64,000 bases of DNA from Tubulanus polymorphus (taxonomy: Eukaryota > Animalia > Nemertea). This document shows, piece by piece, positions 21,721 through 37,258 of this stretch. The first letter of the stretch is position 1. Every line of letters begins with the position of its first letter. Location: the NCBI RefSeq assembly GCF_964204645.1, contig NC_134029.1, positions 5,084,001 to 5,148,000 of the forward strand, read 5' to 3'. The notes beneath the pieces are model-generated. The model was not told where the DNA came from and made no database searches. It was given only the letters and a program-made list of their open reading frames with translations. The position numbers and the translations under genes were made by a program.

Positions 21721-24700
21721 ACATGTTCAAGAAATAAGTTTGAACGCAGTTCAACTTAATTTACTTACTAGAATTACTATCACTGACTGAACTCCCTATT
21801 GTAGTGTCTGGTCTTGTTGGAGGCGAGAAAGTTATGCAAATATTTAGATATATACATATATATCATGTCATAACATCCATTCAAAGCCGACAGATTGAAC
21901 TTCTGGGAACGATAATCGAAGGGTGTGGTAGTTTTAATTATGCAGCTCTTCAATTTATCAATACGGACGAGCAGTATACATCAATTCAATTCATGCTCGG
22001 TTGAAATTAGATATGATAGCTACATTCGACTGCACTGGCGGCACATTCATCAAGGTGGACAATTTTCACATATGCCAGATTAACTGATGACTGACACTGC
22101 CGAATATCACCCCTGACTCATATTAAATGTAAGCATTAAAGTAATGGGCTATTGAATAATAAATATCATTAATAATTTTCGCGACGCATCCCAGCTACTA
22201 TCTGTTCTCGCAACGTCATTTAGTAAGCTCATTTTCTAGCGCTATTAGTTAAGCAACTGTATTATTCGGAGTCACACATGCCATAAATCACTTTTCTTCA
22301 CCCAATAACACGAAGATTCACCGTACTGATATTGCTTTGTGGGGGTAATATTAAGCATCACTCAGCTGTTACCGTATTCAACGTAATTTCATGCCAAGGT
22401 GTATTTTCTGATATTAGGAAAGCATAAAATTGCAATAAAGTGTCATATCAGGAAATGAAAAGCCTGTTCATGATATCTAGTGTGGTCGCAATCGAGCCGG
22501 TATAGTGGACTATTATTGAATCAATGGCGCCGCTCTACCAGCCCTATCTGCATAATTCGTATCTCGCTTGCGATGCAAATGGTGCCTATTGACATATGGC
22601 CGTAAAAAACTGATCAAGGGTGGCCGAATACGAGCACAAACCAGTACTGTCTGAATTGATTTAATCACCAGGCCATATTCATTATGCAGGGGTGGAACGC
22701 TCGAATGCCCCTTGAGCAATGTATTTACGTATACATACATCCTAAGAACTATTCTTCAAGTATTTCTAAGCGCGAGCTGTTCTTCCAGCTACAGGTTACA
22801 CTTTCGATATTAAATTTGCCCCTTTCAGAAATATTCAAATATCTTTCGCTCAGGGTTATACAATGAATTATGAATAGAGGTGCTACGAAGGAATTAACTT
22901 TTTAATTATCTTATCTTTTCGAGTCAGAATTCTATAGCAGTGAAAAGAGTTCAATCTTCTTTCAATTCTACTAACACCTTGGTTATCATGCTTACCGGGT
23001 CTGGGGATTAAGTCCCCTATTCAACACGTGTGCGTCGTTAAATGAAGAGCGATTTTATTGATCGCGAACATTAAAAAAGGAATTCATTATAAAATCATTC
23101 CGTGACCATCTGTGCGAGGATTATGTTTGTACAATTTTAATAACCTGGTTTCATATATTTAACGAATTGTTTTCGGGGCCGATATCCGCACAAAGGTTTC
23201 ATCAATAGCGTCTATATCAGCTCCACGTGGAGGCTATAACGCTAAAACTAAACTAAACGAAACGATTGGTTACGGCGGAGGATGTATCGAACGAAGTATG
23301 AGCTCGAACACGCGAAAAAATCGTTATTCGCATTCAACAAGAAATACATGTTCATGAATAGCGCAAAGTTTTTGATGCAATAAACAAACAAAGGTTACAC
23401 GCTTAATGGAAGAGAGGAAAAATGATTTATACTCAATCTTTGACGCTTTGTATTGTTAGAAGATACGAGAAAAAATACAGTACTATTGATTATTCCACAG
23501 TGGAAGGTATTACATAGAATGAGTATTGAATTTTTCTTACGTCCATACGTCGTGTTTCGAAATTAAAGTGTATAATGAAGTATTTCAATAGTTCCTACGT
23601 CTAAAAGCTGAATTAAGTTTAGAATTATGTAGATTCATCTATCCAGGAGCCGTTAATTATAGATTAGAATCATTTTAATGACTTGGATTATGTAGAGACT
23701 TACATCAAGCCTTTCGACGGTCACTGCCGTCTTGGTCACGATAGTGACGTCATCATCTGAAGTCTGGTGCTGCCCCCTGGGTGCGGGTAAGTAGGTTGCC
23801 CCACACGCTCGGAAGGTTGTGTCCGCTACTGGCCAGGGTAGAGCCGTTGAGATGATTTTAATGAATTAAGATTGATCACGTCAATCAGGACTCGTGTCGG
23901 GGTGATGAGAACCCATGAGAACTCCATCAAAAACCGTGGCCACATTTCGCAAAACTATTTAAAGTTTTATTTGTCACGATAACACAATACTCTAAGAAGC
24001 CTTGATGAAATGGTTAGTCGTTTTCTGTGAAAACAGGCTCTTCTACCTCAATGCACGCATACACTGATTAAGTTTCTAGTTTACTCCGACCACCGTACAC
24101 CCGTTTATGGTGTATTCGATGTTAAATATTAATTCAAATGCGAGTAACTCCGACGGATGCATCGCGTGTATATCATAAATCGACCCACCAACGAACATGT
24201 TCAATATACAATATTTCCTGTTTACATCTTGTGATATAATGTTTATTTTCATTGCCTCACGGAAACGATTTGTTGAAATTTCATTTCAATTTGTTCAATC
24301 TCTCGTGTCGTCTGCGGCTCCTCGTCAGCGGTGTTTTCGATTTCGCGCCGTCGGTTACACATTTTCGCACGTATCGATTATCGGAATAGGATAAAATTTT
24401 CACCATAATGAGCGAAAACATAGAAGTAAATGACAAGAAGGGTTTTCAGTGTTCGGTTACTAGCAGTAATCCCTTCTAAAATTCACGCGTTGTCGAGTAT
24501 TTTTCGTGACGTGCTCTTCGCTTTTGAAATAAGAAGCACATAATATCTGCTATTTGCGTAACACTTGATGGTTTCTCAAACGCAAACCTCCGAGCTCGCC
24601 TATAAGCCACCGTATTTGCTGTGTTAATTGTCCGCCGCCATTAAGGAATTAAATCGATAGATAGGTAAGAATCATACGACTCCAATACGCGAAAATCTTG

Positions 24701-25089
24701 ATCGCTATTCATGCATTATGGAAGCGCGTAACGGAGATGATGATAATGACGACGTGTGGTTAATACGTCGTTTTCAATATACGGGGACGTTGTTGGTCGA
24801 TTTCGCGGTATCTTAAACTGTGATCTTGGATGCGGGGTTTACGCAGATTCAACGTGGCAGAAGAAACAATCACATCGATTTAAGATACCACTCAGATATG
24901 TTATCAATCATCGTGTTTGAATTAAACTCAGAAATGCTTCCTAATACGTTACGCGTGAACTGACATGGGAGCAGAAATATCCGATGGGTTCAACGACGAA
25001 AAATACGGCGTATGAGACTTAGAAAATTAAACAAAGGTCAATAAAACTCATCCCGACGTTGTACTGCATTGGAGATATTTGGCTATGGT

Positions 25090-25260
25090 AAGACGTAAAC
25101 CTGAAACACCAAACAAAAACCATTTTCTGGCTTGTTTCGTCACTGTTCGCGTTACTAACAAAAGCAGTGTTTTGGTAAACCGTGTTTCGTATTTCGGAAC
25201 GACGCAACCGGCCACGAAACAAGCAAGAAAACGGTTCCTGTTTTTGAGTTTATATCTTGC
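25090..25260. mobile_element. Degenerate foldback/MITE
   Basis: aaacaaaaaccattttctggcttgtttcgt pairs imperfectly with acgaaacaagcaagaaaacggttcctgttt. Confidence 0.55.
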
Positions 25261-26333
25261 TGCGCGCGCTAAGTGTATACGACTTCATAGACTCGTATAG
25301 ACTCTTGCCTTTCTAAAGCTAAGATTATTTGAAGACTTTTTATCACCAGGTTTCCCAGTACTTATCCCCCGTAAATTGCCATAAATCAGTTTCTTTAAGC
25401 TCTTTCTCCTTAATACAGAACGGAGTTGCGTAATAAACCAGAGAACGAGCAGCTGGATTTAAAAGGGGTATTTAATCATTCGTGTAATTTCCTCCCTCAA
25501 CCTGTAAGTTGGGTAGGATAATCACCTTCCTAATTTTCAAGAGGAAGAACACTCAATTTATTATTGCCAGCAGCCGACTTCCTATTCATCAACGTTCACG
25601 CACCGACTGCGCGTCGCAGTTTACCGATGTCAAACCTCTGTTCGGGGTCGGACGACAAAATTGACTGATTAAAGACGATGCGTATGCATTCAGCACGGTG
25701 GAACCTATCAACCAATTGAAACTATACATCCCGTACTGTTCGCGTGTCTTTATTAACTAAATCAGAACATGGCTTAAACAGAGAAAGAATGTTTCATATA
25801 CCCTGTGTTCAAATACCCGCTCGGAAATGTCATATATATTGGTTATTTCCTGCTTTGCTCGGCGGATGATCGTCGCCCGCGCATCGATCGTCATTTCGAC
25901 GACGGCGTATGTTTTCAAGCCGGGAAAAGAAGAAATATGATACTGCTGGATCATATAAAACCGGCAGTGTCACCCATTTCACAGTTAGCATTTAGCTTAA
26001 TAACAACAGCCGCATCGACATTGATCACGACATTTGGCAAGATGATTGTCCCGGACACAATATACCTGGACAGGCAATTATGCCTCGATTGAGATTTATA
26101 GGGTATACGCTGAGCTGTTTGGGGTAATTTCAGCATATCAGGCATTCATATAGCGACATCGATAACGTAAAGCGTAATCTGATTGCCGAAACATGCCGGC
26201 ACATGGTAAACAGTTCGATCGTTGCGATACGACATTTCGGCCCACACTGATGGGACCACACATTGCCCTACATAATTGCACTACATCAATGCTATAGCGA
26301 TTCCCGCACGAAAGCAACCTGCGAAGCTTACAA

Positions 26334-26623
26334 CCAGGCCCGTTTGCGAGGAGGGAGATGTCCCCTCTTTCTCTAAAAGTGCCACTAGAAATCTCATCAA
26401 CGAAATTCTGTTTTTTATACATGGAATATTGCAGGGTCCATAGGCAATCAATGGCATCTTCTTCACTCGCAACAACCTTAGAAGTTCTAAAATGCCAAAA
26501 GAAACCTTAAAAATTAGCTAAATTTTCCACTATTTCGAGGAGGACCTCCACAACCCCGCAAAGCACTTTGGCACTCGTTCGATTTTGTGAGATGCCCTGA
26601 AAGTGAGTATTCGTACGGGCCTG
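26334..26623. mobile_element. Possible MITE
   Basis: 10-bp inverted termini ccaggcccgt and acgggcctgg; no clear TSD. Confidence 0.35.
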
Positions 26624-29600
26624 GGTTGCTTTTTAGCTTCCGTTTTGTTTTCTTTTAGTTCTATGGAGACCCGGATCTTTCTAATCTATCAACACGGCTC
26701 TGCATGTTCTCAGCACTCATAATGCGAAGTGTAATCTTTCGTTTTATGGTGTTTCGAATTCAATTCAACTGTATTCCAAATGCAAATTACGTTCGTTGAT
26801 TATATTAAGGCCAAATTACTTCATCAAAGAGCACATTTTTGTTCTGAAATTGGCTGTAATTATTCAATATTAGAAATCATTCCGCGGCAATGCACACTCC
26901 ATGATGAATGCTCGAATGAACAATGAGAAACATAAGCTGAAAATTCCATTAAATTCCAAAATAGATCCAGAACGCTATTCGCAGGAAATTCACCGTGACT
27001 CATAATTACAAAGTTGTGAAAAATACACGTGAAAACAAATTGCGACAAAAGAGTTTAATGGCCGTGATGCCTAAGTGGAGAAAATATCTAAGGTAGTAGC
27101 GTTACCCATTAAAATCGGCATCCACCGCCATTAAAGTCCTCTAAAATAACGAGTATCTGAAGCATACGTACTTCATCCATAATTACGAGAGTGCTCGAAA
27201 ATGACAGCGATTGTTTAATGCTTCGATACTATTCATAGTCTACTCACGACTTAGATTCGATGATTTTTTAGATACGCAGAAATCTATCGAGTATCAGTTT
27301 ATGTTATAGCGTATATATTACAATGTGCAGACATCTGGGTTGAACGCGGTACGAATACGAGTCGCATTACATGGGCGCTTATGAATTAGGTGGAAGACGA
27401 TGTAAACAAATGGGTGAATATTTCAGTAAATCTTCTGCAATTTGAGATTGGAGAACTTGGGTATGTTTCCTCTCTCGATGCCCCGAACATCTCACGCACT
27501 GTCATCACGTTATCCAGTTTTTCGACGTGTTTCATCAATCGGTTTGATCCGCAACACGGATGTCGACTGGACACCTACTTCAGGAAATGAAAACGAATAC
27601 ACCTTCAAGATGGCGTACAAAAGGCCTTTGTCAGATAGAGGCACGCATAAACACCTTCTTGACACAAAACACAGTATCGAGACTAGTGATATAGAATACC
27701 CTGCCGAGCGATGTCGCCCGATGAGGTAAAGCACGACACTGGATCAAAGACTTAGTCTTCTGAGCAGATAATTTTGTTTGCACCAGCGCTGATTAGCTTG
27801 GTAATTTGTCGCTTTTTGAAGCTCGCGTTACACGGAAAAGATAACGGTGTCAGTTTTCTCTAAGCGCGGGTTGCAACGAACCACTGAAAGGATCCGTTAC
27901 CCGAGATATATGAATTCGATATTGCAAATCTCGCTTTTCGCTGACTTGAAAGATTTAAACTTTATCTTAGTTCGTATTTAATATGTACCGCTAGCTGTAT
28001 TAATCAACATGTCTTCTAAATTGATTTCCCCCATGATGAACTTTTCATATGGAAGTGGTAGGTTCCATTTGCAAAATGTTGGTCTACATCCTTCCCGAAT
28101 CCTTCAAAGGAAAGCTATCTTAATCTCAATCAAATTCGTTCATCTCCTACCCATAAATCGATGCATTGATTGTGGTTCACTCAAAAAATGGATGTTTTTG
28201 GAGAATGGGCTGATAACGAAATATAGCTCATGGATGGTCGGCGGTTTCGATAAGGGGCGACGTTCAGATTTCCATTCTGCGCTACAAGATCCGTAATGAT
28301 CGTGTGGAATTTTAATTGTGACTAATGAGTAGGCACAGATATTGATTTTATTGTGTGAAAATTGTATACGGGTACATTTTTTTCTATTGTGGCCGTCGCC
28401 GTTGCATCGACTTATCTACTTAACTTCGCTGCAGCCCATTTCCGCCAAGGCTGTAATAGACTTCAGTTGTGACAATCTACCATTTAACGTCACCGCGCAC
28501 GATGAACAATATTGTAAATCATAAATTCTAGGGTACCGACTACTCATCGATACGGCGACAGACGTTTTCCAAATAATAATAATAACCTACTCGGAGAATA
28601 ATATCATGATTTGTCAATAAATGCAGCTACTATGAATGCAGCTGTGATCCTAAATACCGCGCTGAGCTCACGCGCTGTACCGGAGCCCGAGGAAACTAAT
28701 GTTATAAGGAAATGTCGAAGGCACATGATGTGTTCGTAAGAGTATTACATCTATAACTGCAGCGTTTTTTTAAATGAGAAATATAAAAGCATTTGTTTAA
28801 GAAACATCCGAATATGCTTATAGAATGTCGGATTTCCGATAATTACAAGAAGACGCAGTCGAATATCCTTTCAATATACGCGCGGAGGCTCCTTATATTT
28901 GCCGTCTCACCCCATACAGCCCAAACCACATTGTTAAACTTGGATACTTTCAGCAGGACTGATTTTTCACGATATTCGATATATTCATTATGTACTTAAT
29001 CACGCTGAACCTGCTGGTGTCATTATATATATTCGACTGATAACGCAACTGGAACACATGAAACGGTATCCAATTTCCCTTCGACCTTTCGACATTTTGC
29101 CAGGACTAATTGTCACCCCTTAGCAAGACCGCTTTCTTTCGACAAACCAGCTATAGACCGAAAAGCGACGTCAATGAATTATCTGTCTAGTTGAGCTTTG
29201 TTTTACTGATGTCGGTGCAGACAGTCGGTTTCGGGTATACAGCGAACGGCTGTAAGTGGCATTTGCGACATTAGATGTGAGGCCTACATTTCACCTTTTT
29301 AATTGAAAGCATCTGTGTTCCGATGAGACACACACGCACATTATTACCGCCGGCTACTGATCAATTTTCTTTCGAGCTTTATGAACATTACCGATCAGCG
29401 AGTAGAAAAACTATCCACATCAATGGTGTCATCAAATTATCAATTCATTTACTGTCATGACACTGTCACTCAAATTTCATTAGCTGGGTGAGTGCTCACG
29501 AGCCCTTCGGATAGCCTGCTAATGCTTATTGCGCTAAGAAACTTACTGAAAACAAATCGCTTGTTATACGGCATATGGTTAAAAATTGTCTGACGCAAAA

Positions 29601-32600
29601 GACGTAGATTTTCGCGTTGAAAGACCACTTCATACATGGGCTATAAGACAGAAGGAAATACTTTCCCGAGGCCATATTGATTTAGAATGAATCACTAGCA
29701 ATTCAGTGACACCGGGTACATGTAAGTACCAAGCCATTTCTCCGGGCTGATTTTAAAACACATTTGTGTAACACAATAATTTTCCAACTTCCCTCTGATG
29801 CTATTGCTAGAAAAATAACGTCATCGGAATTCATTCAAAGCGAGTAAAATGAACGCGTGAACTTTTGAATGGTTTCTTTTCGCCTGGTTTCAATCTGTTC
29901 GACCGTCTTCCGCGCAATCTCAACAACCACTGCCGCGATCTGAAATGCAGCTTTTAAAAACGTAAAAATAAACCGATTTTTTCCCGAGTTCCGACCTTTA
30001 TACCGCGCGTGCTTGAAACCTGTTTAAATCGGAGCGGTGAGCTATGCGCCCTCAAGGTGCTTCATTCGATATTTACTCACATGCTCAAAATACTACGAGG
30101 TGATTAGAATTTCTGATTTACTCGGAGGCTACGGAGACGAAGTATAGGTAAACATCGTTATGTTATCGCTACTTTTAAGGCGCTATATACGAATACATCA
30201 TTTACGTTGGAATATTCCCGAAAAAATACTTGCTTTCTTTTAAATTCAATCAAAGATATATCTTAATATTGTTCATGTATTCCTAATCCTTCGCAAAGCT
30301 CGAATATATTCATCTGCAATCTAATGCTATATTGTTTTCATCAAAAGATTTCCGGATGTAGCATTTTTGCGATTACATTATAAAAGGGAATTCTAATTTC
30401 ACCGAGAGATGGAACGGTGCACTCTGAAGAACAAGAGGGAAGTCAAATCCTTTTCGGATTAGGTCCTAGAATAGCATTCACTTCAAAGGATTGTGCTCTT
30501 TCAGAACATCATAATGATTTAGACGATTCTCGACAACTCAACGTCGAGCGTATATTACGTTAGTTCTCGGCACGCACGGCGCGGCAGATGAAATTCGAAC
30601 ATCGGCCGTCGCTATTTCTAATCTCCTCTCAGTCCAGAATGTAAATGTTTACACAAGCTGTAATATTGATGTTGGTCAGGGGACAAGTCAAACATGTTCG
30701 AGATGTCAGGGCCATTGATTGCATGTCTTGGAAATTTCATATCGTAGAATGTGTGACCGTATTCCGAATTTCGATGATTCTTGGATGCGTTCGTTCTATT
30801 TGATCAATATCTGGCCAATATCGCTGAGTCCATACTCGATACGAGTACGGATTTTAGTTTCATTTGCGCTCCATAATTCACCCTTTTGTATACGTATATA
30901 TATATATAGAATTATCAAACAGATGGCTAATTTACTTTGATACTATTCAAATACAAAAAGAAAACAGATGACTAATTTCAGACCAATGCGATGATAATCA
31001 CGCCGAATAAAGTAATTTTTGAATAGTTCACCTTACACAGCAGTCAACAAAACCGTCCTACGATTTTTTAAAGAGTTCATGGAACGAAGGGCAACATTCT
31101 AAGCTAACGGGGTCTGATGATACTGGGTGCTACCATTAGTCATCTTGTTATGTGGAATGACGACTCTCTTCATCAATTATGTAAGCGCAATGGGACCCTG
31201 TGACATGATTGCTATATATGCACAGTCTAAGTCGAACGCCATTCTTAGTCGCCTAAAAGTCACACCAAATTCTATCAATGCATTCATGCTGTTTTTCGCT
31301 ATGAAAATACATATGGTGGCATTATTGTGAAGTTCTATATTGTTAATTTCTTTTCTCTTCAGACTTTGCCGGTTACGGCGGTTACGGCGGTTACTGTCGC
31401 TACTGCACTGAGTATACTCACTGAACTGATGAAACCCGACAAGGATTTCAAATGGGATTATACCCAAGGTTGCAGCCAATGTCAACCTTTGCAAGAAGAA
31501 AATCATAAATCTGAACTACGCACTACAAGCGAGTTTATGACGAAAAGCCTCTTCTTTTATCTGATGTAAGCTCACCAAGACGACTAACTAACTAGCTACC
31601 GATTCCTAAAAGCTTTATTTTGTTCTACCGAAGAAAGGGGATGATAGCAAAGGGTCGCAGAATATGTCATAGAAGCATATCACCAGAACGTGGTTTATAA
31701 GCGTATACAACTACAATGTTCTAACATAAAACTTGACGATGAAAATTTTTCATGGAGATAAACGTGACAAATATAACCTCTACAACATGCAGGGAGGTGG
31801 TCTTTTGGAGTGGTCGTCTTGATTGTTGAAATTTGAAACCAAAAAATCTGCTTTAATTCATGCGAACCACTCCAAGCGAATTACCCGCCCCCTCGATAAC
31901 ATTTGATTGTGGTATTATTTTCGGATTTAGATGGAAGTGTATGTACACATATCGGGGATAACTGACTTTGGTGCACAGAGATGGAAAACACACAGGCATA
32001 CGACGATACGATTCAACTTACATGTGTCATTCTTAATCCTCCCAGCTGGCTGTTAGCAATAAAAAAATGTTCACTTGTTTATTACGCACATATAACGATC
32101 GGGGGCTTCGTTTCGCGGGGGCTTATTCAGAGTCGAGCGAAGAGAAAAAATTAAAGAAAGCGAACGGATTCACACAGACTATAATGATAGATGATCGAGA
32201 GTGGAACTGATTAAATAAAAATGTAATGAACGTGCATTTTAATACGATCTGGTTGATTGCCGTTATCATTAACGAGATGTATTACAATTTTAAACATGAA
32301 GAGTATAGAAACATCATACTATATATGCATTTCATAGCGAGCAGAGGCCCGCGCGAAAAAGAGAAATTCGTTAAGATATGCATCAATAAATGACCAGCCC
32401 GGCACCGGCATTCACTGGGCATAATGAACTGTCAACTTTATCAGATGGATAGCTTCATTTTTTTGCAAAGTCGAACAGACAGATCATACAAATCAGACCC
32501 CGTACACGAGAGAGCAAATAAATCAAACAGACCGCCTTATACTTGATCATGCGAACTGACTAGGGACTACCTCGCTGGTCAGTCGGCGCAGAAAAACTCG

Positions 32601-35600
32601 CCAAACCAATCTACTCGATAAAAACGAAAACCGAATCCTGCACGAACCAACGCGTTTAGGGTTATCCTATTTCAATTTAAACTCTCAACTAGTTTGTTAG
32701 TTCCAATAGAAGTAGTGTGGGCAATTAATTGGTTGGGCATCTGAGAAATAGTACTGTGGCGAATGGATGGGAAAACATTCTGGAAAATCAACAAAACGCT
32801 GTCCCTAATCAATTTATGTTTATTACGGAGTTTTACAGCAACAAACACCTTAACATTATTTGAAAAAAAATCCACAACGTTTATTACGCAAGGAGAACAG
32901 TTTGCTATATTTTTATTGATAAAACAAAATGCAAGTGGAAAAATAGAGATAATAATTAAGAATCACTTTTTCATTAAAAAGAAATTGTAGTTACGACTGA
33001 CTACAGTGGCATGCCTCATTCGCATCGATATATAGAAAATAAGGATAGATTGTTTCAGAGCAGAGCGGAAATAAAAAGCGATCATCTGCAGCGGACAAGG
33101 ATACATTACAAAAATATACAGTTTACACCTCAGAAATATCTACTTACATATTATTTGTTCTAACAATTTGTACTAGCTTTAGGCCCGGGATTTTCGTATT
33201 TAGGAAGTAGAGGCCAGCCCTGTTGAAGTGAAATGAGAAGAACAGTACATTTTTCATTGCAGTTCTGAAACCGTAATCTATGTAATGTCATGCCATGCTG
33301 GTAAACTATATATCAAATAACTTATCTCCTATTGACATCGTCTACGAAAGATTTAATAATACGCATCTGGGCAGGCAGTCACAACCTAAATACTTCTTCT
33401 TTCTGATTTCCATCTTTTCAAAAGATTTATTAATTTCAAAGTTGAAACATGTTTACGAGCGAAGAGTCATCCGTACACATCGATCGTTTTGTTCGAAATG
33501 AAAATTAATCTTTGAAGACAAAACTTGAAAGGCTTTGAAGGAAAACAGGAAAATTCTATTGAATCATTGGAAATAGATTTTTTTACGGCTTCAAAGTCAC
33601 TCTAATGACAGAGTAGAAGTCGCGTATAGTTTCTCATGAAGGTCTTTTGTTGCCCCTAATACACATACCAGTTGTAATCCGCAGTAAATACGTAACGATT
33701 TATGATCTATTTTCAGATGTTTCTTTAAATTAGAGACGGCAATTTCGATTTTTCTTTCGATTGTAAGCTCAAGACACGTATTCAGTATCTTATGAACGTA
33801 ACGTATTATGTTACCCTCAACAGAAATTCGTCTGACCGGAAATATTGACTGACAGTTAGATACATCGAACCATCAGAATCCAGCTGAACCGTTAATCTCA
33901 GGCAAAGCTATAAGCGGTAAGAAATATTAGCCCCATTTTGGGTATAGAAATATTAGCCCCATTTCGAAACTGAGCTCCACGACCCAGTTCCATGTTCATT
34001 CGATGATCTCATCCGATTATTAGTGACAAATATATCTATCAATACATCTGCGTACAATTCAATGACCGATCGTTTTGGTGTTTAATTAGTTTTTCAATAT
34101 ATCGAGCTGTTTTTCGTCGTCGAATAACGCTTTTCTCTTTGTGCTTCGATTGATATTCGACGCTTTAAAAGCATTTTTCATAATCCTACTTTAAGTGATA
34201 CAATTTCAGACACAGTCAGACGAGTGTATACAATGTGTGTGAAGTGTGTTATCGATAATATGTAATGCAAAATATTGATAGAATCATACATTTTTATTAG
34301 AGATACGATGAACCCTGCTGATCCAGATGGGACTCTAAATAAGAAACATTGAAAAAGTATAGATATATATTTCAAAAAACAAACATTTTGTTCATCTAGG
34401 CCCGTGCAGCTGTTGTGAGCATAAACTCAATTATTCAGAATTCGCCCTTGTCGCTTGATAAGGGTTAATGCGAGTACCTATATCGTGGGTTGTTGTAAAT
34501 TCCGTATTCGCTATACCGAAACACCCGTTAGCAAGATAACCCAATAAAAAGGTGTAACACTTCATATCTTAAAGCGACGACTAAGACCTTTTTTTCTTAT
34601 TCCATACAGAAAGAATGATTCACTCAGCATCCATGGCGACTGTCCAATTTAATGTAAACACTCTCGTTCGTATTGTTTGACTCCTGAGCCGTCCATTCGG
34701 TCGCGTATTACGCTAAAAAGCAGTCGCATAGATAAGAAACAAGTCATGAAAGGATTTCTACGTTGAATACGCCGAGTAGTGACTGCGAGTCACGGTAATG
34801 TAATTGTTAAGGTCGCGGGGTGCCGTATTGGATGTGATAACACACACATCGGTGAATGCTGCGCGCTCTGAAGAAAAGTCATCACGAATTTGACCAGCGT
34901 GGAAAATGAAGAGCGTAGTAAGGCAAAGTAGATGATGTCAAAGCTCCGCAGGCTAGGTTCAGTTGATGATTACGGCCCTTGTACGCCCGGTGGCCGTTCG
35001 TCAACGAGCGCGAGTATCATTCTAAACAGCGTTGATCCAAAGCTTCAGAAAGCCGGATGGATGTGCACATATCATACGCCACTTCGATTTGTAAAATGAT
35101 ACATTTTGAACGACAGAAAATCGCACCTATTTAATGCGATATCCAAATATAGCGTGTTGTATTTCGGATAAATGGTAAAATAGATGAGATGAGGGATATC
35201 ATTCTGTTGTTGTATTCGCCCCGGGGCGTACTGTAATTTCTGTTTTTCAGTGACCACAGAAAGCAGGCTACACCCTAAGCTGTGTTTACACAGTTGGTGA
35301 TGACATTATTTCAAACGATTTCTAACGGTTATTTACGAAGAGCTCTCAAGATTGCGAGACACGCCCGATAACATTGACGAAATAAACTTGTAAACGTTAA
35401 GCCGTGTAATATATATATATATATACGAGTGAATGTATGGATCGAAGAAATTCGATGGGACACGGGCCCGGCTAAATTGCGACCATGGGAAAAGATGGAA
35501 ACACGATTCCCGTAATGAAATAACAGGAAGGTTGAATAGATATTGTAATATGATGATGGCGCGAGGTCGAAATCTGCAGACATTTTTCGTAATGACTTCT

Positions 35601-37105
35601 GACATCTAACATTTTTGATCAATCATAAGCGCATGACGAATCTATTCATAATATATCAACGAATCTAGAATTGAATCCTCGCGAGAAATCACATAATATG
35701 GGTGTTGTTGCCGGCAATCTTTTGTTGCCCGTGCAGCAGAAAAGCAAGGTCTGATTACTGATGGTGTAGTAAGGTGTTTCATCGGGATACAGTTATTCAG
35801 TAATTGAAAGCGGTAAATAGGGCCACGGAGACCAATCAGGGCACGCAGGCACGAGAAATGAAAGTATCCCGCGAGGTGTGAGACGAAATCGATAAAACCC
35901 AATAACGCTTTATTACATCAGCACCAGATTTACGCAATTTCATGAGGTATATGAGCCAAACGTGTACATTTAATTATTTCCGAAGATGAGTATACGGCGC
36001 TACTGGTACTGTCCTCTATAATACGACGCGACCAAGAAAGAGATCCTATTACTAATTTCGAGTATCGCGTGTGTAGAACGGATGCACGAAACCGTCATTA
36101 AATGAATCGTCCGCCGGTTAAAATCCAGTCACATCCGGCGATGACGACGTACAATTTATTTAAAGATAAAAATTTATGCGTCGAACAATACGTTTGCTCA
36201 TTAGCTTTCCGTGCAGATTCACAGGAATGCGGCAAACCAATTCAATTAACGCCTGCGAAGGCTTACGTATACAACATCGAAAGACAGGCTAATTCCTAGA
36301 GCTGTCTACGAAAATCTTTAATACGCGGGGGTACGGGGCTGATGGTTTAATCATCCAATAAAACAAATTTCTCGAATTGTAAGTCTAGCTGATATGCATA
36401 TTCTACTGATTAAAACATTCGCTAATTAATTTCGTACGCATTAGAGCGGGGATAATTGAAACAGTGTCTCGGCATACCGGAATCAACCAGCCATATGGCA
36501 CACGACTGATAGCGAAATTATGAAGGTGATAAAACGTCTTTTAATCACTTCACGAAGGAAACCGCAAGGCCAATCTACTTCATTCTACATCCGGTTAGAA
36601 ATATTTTATGCGCCATATTGAACTTAATCAGTAACTAGGAGTATTCATTTTGTTCATCGCTGGACGAATTGACAATATAGTTCTTTAATTTTCCTGATGG
36701 TCGACAACAAATCTATTTTCATGACGTACACACCTGACGATTGTTTTTCGCGAGACACTGAGACATGGTGTCTTTTTTAGATTCAAATTTTCGTTGATAG
36801 ATTATTATCGTACATTGATGGTTTGATTTCAAGGATTTATTTCCAATGATTCTCAGGAACTTCGCTCACGACTCGTGCTTGCTGTAAGCTGTAATACTCT
36901 TTTCGATCTACCTTTCTGATTATCACCATAGAAAGAAATAAAGCGAATTTCATCAGGAGATGGTGAATATTTTTAAGGGACATTGATTAATTTAGAGTGC
37001 CCGTGTAAGTTACAGCCGAAGAATTTTTCTGGAATTTCCATGCGGCCGGGCACCTCGCAACCTCTCTCGAACGATCAATTCAATTTGCAGAGAACACATC
37101 AGCGC

Positions 37106-37258
37106 GCATTTCAAGACAATCCCCGCGGTTACGTGTTAAGCCCAACGCACACGACGCCAAGAAACGCGGACACAGAACACAGAAACATGTTCCCGAACGT
37201 TTTCCTGTGTCGTGTGCGTTGGGCTTAACACGTAACCGCGGGGATTGTCTTGAAATGC
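37106..37258. repeat. Perfect 50-bp inverted repeat with a 53-bp spacer
   Basis: 37106-37155 (gcatttcaagacaatccccgcggttacgtgttaagcccaacgcacacgac) is the exact reverse complement of 37209-37258. Confidence 0.95.

Noticed and set aside
33921-33964. 19-bp direct repeat agaaatattagccccattt x2
   Set aside because: A simple local duplication with no further structure.
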